Part shown: piece by piece, positions 56,991 to 64,000 of the stretch
How positions within the stretch are numbered: position 1 is the first letter of the stretch
Layout: every line of letters starts with the position of its first letter
Notes under the pieces: generated by a model
What the model was told of the DNA's origin: nothing
The model's input: the letters and a program-made list of their open reading frames with translations, nothing else
Database searches by the model: none
Position numbers and translations under genes: made by a program
Source: Octopus sinensis
Taxonomy: Eukaryota
DNA length: 64,000 bases
NCBI RefSeq assembly: GCF_006345805.1
Contig: NC_043008.1
Location: forward strand, 77,128,001-77,192,000
Reading direction: 5' to 3'

Positions 56991-57619
56991 AAACTGAATT
57001 GCTGGAGTTATTTTAATTTTTTCCAGAGGTTTAAAATTTGATCATTTCCATCCCGTCAGGAAACAGGATTTGAAAGCTGTCATTTTGTGTGTGACCTCAC
57101 ATTTTCTCGTCATTCTGAAAATAGTACGTGTTGTCAATATTTGTAAACAACTTTGCCTTTTAATTCTTTCGGGGTCGATAAATTAAGTACCACTTACGTA
57201 CTGGAGTCAATCTAATCGACTGGCCCCACCCCCACCAAAAAATTTCGGGCCTTGTACCTTGAGCAGAAAATAATATTTGTAAACAACGTGTTATTTCTCC
57301 GGCAATTTTCTTTCATGTAAATAAGTGCTTATGTTAATTTAAAAGTTTTGAATCTCTGAGCGAGATGTTGGCAAATAAACTTTGATTTAAGATTTATCCA
57401 AAAAATCTTATTCAACTGTTATTTTTAGCATACTTCACAACCACCTCAATGCTTAGTGACAAAAAGGAACAAACATTAAACAAACAATTTAAATATGTTT
57501 AATCACAATTTAAATATGCATACAGAAAAGTCTATCTGGTCTCACGACACACTCCTCCGAAAACCTACTCCTCGGTTGATTGCTGTCAGCACGGCTTCCT
57601 TGCAGACTTTTCAAACACT

Positions 57620-57725
57620 GTTACTATGGCAACAGGTAAACGAGTTCTTGTTATTAGCGAAACAGACATGAATGCGTCTGTGGCTTACGATTGGCTAAAA
57701 TTACCAAAATGTTCAAACTTTGATT
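57620..57725 (-). promoter_or_regulatory. RFX X-box-like motif plus CCAAT box within a dispersed repeat (second copy at 19143-19215, plus)
   Basis: GTTACTATGGCAAC (57620-33) and GATTGG (57689-94). The copy has CCAAT at 19170-74 and GTTACCATGACAAC at 19202-15, and both share ATTTTGGTAATTTTAGCCAATC. Function is not shown. Confidence 0.35.
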
Positions 57726-58454
57726 ACTAATATCTCTTTATTTATTGATTTATAGTGAAAAGTACTTTCTCGTCATTAATTAGCCTATAAAAGTGTATCC
57801 TTACACTGATTATGAAATCAATTCGAACAGAAAATTTACGCTGGCAGCCGCTGGCTACCAAACAGAAAAAATCCGCTAATTATTCCAGTAGAAGTAGTGG
57901 GTAGAGAGGTCGGCAGAATCTGGCTAACAAAGTAAATCTAAAGTATGGTAGGAGATTTCAAGGTATAGAAATGCTTGGGTGGGGGTAAGTATTTAGAAAA
58001 ATGGAAAGTACAACTTGAAAAGAGGTGCATGCAGAACAGTGGGAGTTCAAACAATAACGTCATATGAACGTAAAATATCTTATTGCAGTTCATTTTCGTC
58101 GTTGGAGAACACTTTCTGTCTTCGGGAGGATCTTGTGAAGTTCAACAGCGCAAGGGAGGGTTTCGACTGAAGAGAGACACAACACAATCCCAACGCCGTG
58201 GTGTCTTGATGTCTCCTCACACTGGTGTGCGGTTTTACAAATGAGGACGACTGTTCTTTTAGAATATTTGCTACATTCTCCTCGCGTGTTTACATAGGGT
58301 GGGGGCTGCATAGCTTTGGAGAGTTTTAACTCTTTTTTCTAGCAAGCAGGTGTATATTGTACCCTGATTTTAATATACATTTTGCCTATTTGGATTATGT
58401 TTGCTGACCACTTTATCAATATTTTTCTAAAGCTGGTAACTTATTGAATTTTGA

Positions 58455-58524
<70 letters not shown>

Positions 58525-58964
58525 GTGTGTGTGTGTGTTCGAATGATCCTTATGCATTCGAAAACTGAGTTGCCTATTTTGACGTATGGGGTATCAAAGG
58601 TTCAGTAATCTTTCGGCTACCTAATAAACTTCATTTTTATTAACATATTTCCTACGTTATCTCACCAACCAGCTACACTTATTTAAAAGCTTCTGCTCTA
58701 CAACGACCAGGTTTCATTAGAAAGTGAAAATAGTTTCACACTTTCAATTTGAACCAAAATTACAAAATGTTGTATTACGAGAGTGACGATGTGTGAATAA
58801 TAAAAATAAAGTTTCTCTAATTAGTCACATCTGTACTATAATAAAGAAAGCTACTTATCATCTATATGTATAAAAGAGTGTTTGTGTGTCACTCTCCCTC
58901 CTCCCTCTCTTTCTCTCATGCACACGCATACGCAAACATACGTACAAAAAAGATGTATACATAG

Positions 58965-59067
58965 GGGCAGGAGTGCCTGTGTGGCGAGTAGCTTGCTTAC
59001 CAACCACATAGTTCCGGATTCAGTTCCACTTGGGCAAGTGTCTTCTACTATAGCCTCGGGCCGACCA

Positions 59068-59135
<68 letters not shown>

Positions 59136-59400
59136 TACACATACATACATGTATGTATGTATGTATGTATGTATGTATGTATGCATGTATGTATGTATGT
59201 ATATATCTGTGTGTCTGTGTTTGTCACCCCACCATCGCTTGATAACCGATGTTGGTGTGTTAACGTCCCCACCACTTAGCGATTCGGCACAAGAGACTGT
59301 GAGAATAAGTACTAGGCTTACAAAGAATAAGTTCTAGAGCCAATTTGTTCGACTAATGCATGGCCGCAGTCAAATGACTGAAAAAATAAAAGAATAAAAG
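58965..59400 (+). mobile_element. OR-type SINE with internal microsatellites
   Basis: Family motifs. Confidence 0.8.
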
Positions 59401-59444
59401 ATGTATTTTTGTGCGTGTATATAAAAGATAACGTGAGTGTGTGT

Positions 59445-59493
<49 letters not shown>

Positions 59494-59857
59494 TGAGTGA
59501 GTGCCACTTACACTTTCATGCAAAAAATACATACATGACAACGCACACCTTCACTCACACACTCACTCTCTTTCTCACACGCGCGCACACATGCACACAC
59601 ACACACGTCTATTTCATATACACGTACATACATCTTTCACTTTCTCCTCTCTTTCACCTTCGAGTCTCACTTCAAAGAAAATGTCACCTTTTCACTTTCT
59701 CCCCTCTTTCAATTTCTTCTCTCTTCAAAGCATAAAGAAATAAAAAAATTTTACGGAAATTACGAACAATCATATGATCCCATATGATCTACCAAATGAT
59801 TGAGTTGACAACTTTGTTGCTTCAAACGAAAGAGTGATATAAAATAACTTCCTTTGG

Positions 59858-59900
<43 letters not shown>

Positions 59901-60229
59901 ACACACATACACACACATACACACACGCACACGGTAAAACTTCTGTACGAATTATGCTATTTCTTGCTCTGTGCACGCGCAAAATTGCAGCTCAAATCAG
60001 GTTGAAATCACCCTTTTCCATTCTGTAATTTGTGCTTGTGATGAACGTATTTAAAAACTTGATCTTCGATATAAACTTAAAAGGAAGTTTTCCCAGAAAT
60101 CCTGTCCTTTACCTGTTGTTTCTAGCATGTCCGAGGTGACATTTGCACCACACACCACTTTTTTCTAAATTTCTTCCGATTCCTATGTTTTCGATACAGG
60201 AGATTAAGATTCCGCCCCAAAAACATGTT

Positions 60230-60830
60230 CTCAATATTTTAATTTTCTCCATTTTCTCCAGTTTCTTCATGTCTTTACTTTTTTCCAATTCTTTTTCTTG
60301 GTAATCCACGAAGAAAAAACAGAATACGAATCTTTAAGAATTTTCTTCTTCCCTTTTTCTTCACGAAACACTAAAATCTCCTTCCCAAACATCCACCCAT
60401 CACCTCAACATTTTCAAAAAGCTACAAACTCTCAATGTTTCACTTTTAGCCTTTTGGAAAGCGTGGAAGTTTCTTAAGAAATAAGGTCGTTTACCTGTTT
60501 TTTCTAGTATGTCGGGTTTTCTGATGGTGGTCTAGTATATTTTTACGTCTACTATTTCAGTACAATTCTACGCATGCGTGAAACATCAGACATAAGTGAA
60601 ACATTGGGGGATTTTAGATTTTTTGAAAGAAGGTAGGTGATGGGTGGGCGAGCTAGGGGAAGGTGTGTTGAATGTTTCTTTAAGAAAAATTAAATTTAAA
60701 AAACAAAATATTTCCCAGATTCCTAATCACTGTATTTTTCTACTTGGATAAAAAAAAAGATTCGAAAAATGTTACAAATTTCGGTAGGGAAGGGGGGAAA
60801 TTAAAATTTTGAAAACGTGATTGCTGGGTA
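60230..60830. repeat. Diverged fold-back (long inverted repeat) element
   Basis: 60380-60447 is roughly the reverse complement of 60594-60663, and the similarity extends outward. Outer boundaries are approximate. Confidence 0.55.
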
Positions 60831-61099
60831 AAATCATATTAACCCCCTTTTATACTATGAAACAATACATAGTTTGTGATTCTTCTTAAGAAAAGAGAGT
60901 ACTTTCATGCAAATCCAATAACTTCCATTATGCCAGTAATCCAGTTCACTATGTATCAGCTGATCTGAAAGGAACAAATAATACAATATGACTGTAGGTC
61001 ATGACAGCCGGGCAACGTCAGGCAGCATTGCTAGTGTGTGTGTGTGTATGCATATATATGTATGTATGTATATGGATAATATTTATGTATATATATAAT

Positions 61100-61154
<55 letters not shown>

Positions 61155-61189
61155 ATACTTTATTTAAAAGCAGCAGAAATATAACAAAA

Positions 61190-62069
61190 GCTAAAGAATC
61201 TAATCATCCGCCAGTTATTCTTAGGAACTTAGTCAGTAATGTAGGTAGACGAATATCGTCAATTTCTTCGGATGAGGCAGCATTCCAAAATGCTGCACCT
61301 TATTACAATAGCGCATTAAGGAATAGTGGATTCTCTGAGAAAATCCAGTATAACCAACTTAATGCTAGCAGTAATGCTACACGTAGAACTAGAACTAGGA
61401 AAGATTTGTGGTTCAACCCAGCTTTCAATTTGGCCGTAAAAACAAATATAGGTAGGGAATTCTTGAAATTAGTGTCCGGGCATTTTCAACCTGACCATAA
61501 GTTTTATAGAATAACGCTTAAGATCAGCTATTCTTGCTGCAGAAACTTCACCTCTTTCGTTAACCAACACAACAGTAGGATAATTGCTAATAACCATAGT
61601 ACCGATTCTCTTAAAAATTGTAATTTCAAAGATGGGTCCTCCTGTCCGTTGGAAGGGAAATGTCTGGAGAAAGGGATCGTATATAGAGACAAGGTGTAGA
61701 TAGAAGGTTCATGCGAATATAAAACTTATACAGGAGCTTCTGAAAATTCTTTTAAAAACCGATTCTATTTGCATAAAAATTCCTTTAGATACCCCGAAAT
61801 TAGGACGAAGACCAGCCTGGCCAAATATGTCCGGGAATTAAAAGAAAAAGAAGCCCGACCTTTCAATGTGACAGAGTATTTTGAATAGAGCTGCACCATA
61901 CAGGCATGGTGCACATAAAAGAACGATCAAGTGCGATTTATGTCTGCTGGAAAAATATTTTATTTTATTCCAGGATAATAATTCTTTAAATCAAAGAAGC
62001 GAACTCTTGAATTCCTGCAGACACGCAACTAAATTTAAAATGTCGACTATCAATATCCCATTTGGATAG
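61190..62069 (+). pseudogene. Penelope-like retroelement, 5'-truncated: RT thumb/linker plus C-terminal GIY-YIG endonuclease
   Basis: SNHPPVIL...ISSISSDE...YNSALRNSG; WFNPAF...TNIGREFLKL...KISYSC; CPLEGKC...GIVY...TYTG...FKNR...HKNSF; CDLCLLEK...LNQRSELLNSCRH. There is a TAG stop at 61697 and frameshifts. The element starts at a (TA)n tract. Confidence 0.85.
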
Positions 62070-63766
62070 CGTATATTTTTGATTCTTGGACTAGTTTTTG
62101 ATCACACTGTTAGATTTGTTTCGTTTTATGCATGATTTATTCTGCATCGCAAAGTTTTTGTATATATTTTGACATATTTCTTAAGAAAAACCTTCGACTG
62201 TTATATACAAATATTATTATTTTCTTGTTTAGGATTCTGCTTTCATTTTATTTCATTTTATTGTATTTTATAAACCCATTTTAATCGTTTAATTTATAGA
62301 TAATTCGATATAGGCTGTTCTATTTTGCATGTCTTTTATCTAAATTTTATTATTATGCTCTCAGGAATTTTAAAAATAATGTTGTTTGTATATACGTCAG
62401 GACGTAGACATATTTTTATGTGGATATTTGTATTGTTCGCATGCATATGTATCCGTATGTATGCGCCTATGTATATGAGTAAGTAAGCGTGTATGTTTAT
62501 ACTTATGCACATACAAACTTGGATGTATATGTATGCATGTATTCACTTGAATTTGTGTGGATGTGTATTTACGTACTTGTTTCTATATATTTATGTGTTC
62601 TTATATGTGTATTTACTGGTAATATACACTTTTATATACACGTATGCGTAATTTTATTTTGTGAATGTTCGTTACGCATAATCAGACTTCTTTCTTTCTT
62701 CCTTTCTTTCGTTATTTTTTCTCCTCCTATTCGTTACTTGTATAGTCCTGTAACTTTACACCCCCCCCTTCTGTTACTTGCTTCTTTAGCAATCTGTTGC
62801 TTATAAGATCGTTACCTTTTCTTTTTCTTTTTCTTCCCCCTCTCTGCGTTTTACTTCTCGTCTATATGTATACACCAAGTGATTTTTGCATGAGGGCAAG
62901 ATTGCGTATACATATGTATATGTGTATTTGTGTGTATATTTACGTCTTGCATATATATATATATGTCAGCATATGTATGTGGTCTGTGTACATCCATCTG
63001 TGTATTTTGATGTATATATGTATATTGATGGTTTAGTTCGCGTATATACTCTTTTGTTGTGAAATATTAAAATTTTAATGTATTAATTGTATTAATCGAA
63101 TTATATTTCATATATAATTAATGACTATATGTATTTTGAATCCGCTCTTCGATTTAAGGTTTTTCCTCGATTTTTATAATTTATAATTTATATTGAATCC
63201 ATTTATTTTGTTTATTTTGTTTATCGCATGCTTAAGTCCGTTATTTGACAGGACCAATGAAACAAATCCCTTTCTTAAAGGTGTATCCTTTAACTAGTTT
63301 TGAATATATTGTTATTTCTGTTCTATTTTAACAAACTGTCCGACGAACGCATACACACACATATATACATATTCTTTCAATTCTCTTATTATTTTAAACT
63401 AAAATCTTGACATTTCTGTTACTTATTTGCTCTTTATTCACATCGAGCTGTGCGGATAATACCGGACTAACTTGGTGCCCCAACTTAAGTACCTGATTCA
63501 ACTGAATCTTAATTATTTCTTATCGAAACGCAGAGTAGATGAAACCATGGCGACTGAAGAAGGGGAATTTTCCTTGTGTTATTTGTCCTGTACTCTATTT
63601 TTTCGTTGTTTAAGAAAAATGTCCAGTTCCTTGGTTTTGTGTTTATGTTTTCGTTTCTCATTGTGTTCGACGTTTTTTGGTGTCCTGTACCCATATATGC
63701 ATGTATATATACATGTAGAGGTAGGTACGTACATATATGTATGTATATATGCATGTTTTATTTATT

Positions 63767-63810
<44 letters not shown>

Positions 63811-63949
63811 CATTAGAGATAAAACCACTATTAGGCAAATCAAACAGTGAAAAACATAAACCAATATATAAAAATAAATTAATTAATATAATATACAAAA
63901 TATACAAAATATAAAATTCAAAATTTTAATTATATATATATATATATAT

Positions 63950-63991
<42 letters not shown>

Positions 63992-64000
63992 ATATATATA

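Noticed and set aside
61600-61700. Selenocysteine recoding, as reported for some Penelope-like elements
   Set aside because: The in-frame stop here is TAG, not TGA, and no SECIS was recognised.
63520-63590. GAAAC...CTGAAGA-AGG...CCTT hammerhead-like words
   Set aside because: The pieces are not in a closable order: there is no GAAA after stem II and no upstream core for the first GAAAC.

Overview
This is eukaryotic, AT-rich, microsatellite-saturated intergenic or intronic DNA. It is most likely from an octopod cephalopod, judged from recalled OK- and OR-type tRNA-derived SINE sequences; no database search was run. I cannot support any intact host protein-coding gene, rRNA, tRNA or CRISPR array, and most ORF-track entries are translated microsatellites. 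The window is a layered graveyard of mobile elements. Non-LTR retrotransposons: a near-complete but disrupted Tx1/L1-clade LINE (9.2-14.3 kb, minus) plus several Tx1 fragments; a 1.65-kb ORF1-only Tx1 derivative with a perfect 15-bp TSD; a decayed RTE (43.6-46.9 kb); CR1-like RT pieces; an R4/Dong-like RLE element with an 805-aa RT-CCHC-RLE ORF embedded in (TAA)n arrays; and a truncated Penelope-like element with a C-terminal GIY-YIG domain. DNA transposons: a pogo/Tigger remnant, a probable Ginger-type element, a tail-out composite mariner carrying an RTE fragment, hAT MITEs with 8-bp TSDs, and Helitron/Helentron-like ends. The most interesting signal is about ten type I hammerhead ribozyme motifs. 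Most sit in several unrelated non-coding elements inserted in (TA)n tracts and arranged as tandem and/or inverted repeats. One such element is a 365-394-bp tandem array with one hammerhead per monomer, resembling a retrozyme or Penelope pseudo-LTR system that could produce small circular RNAs.
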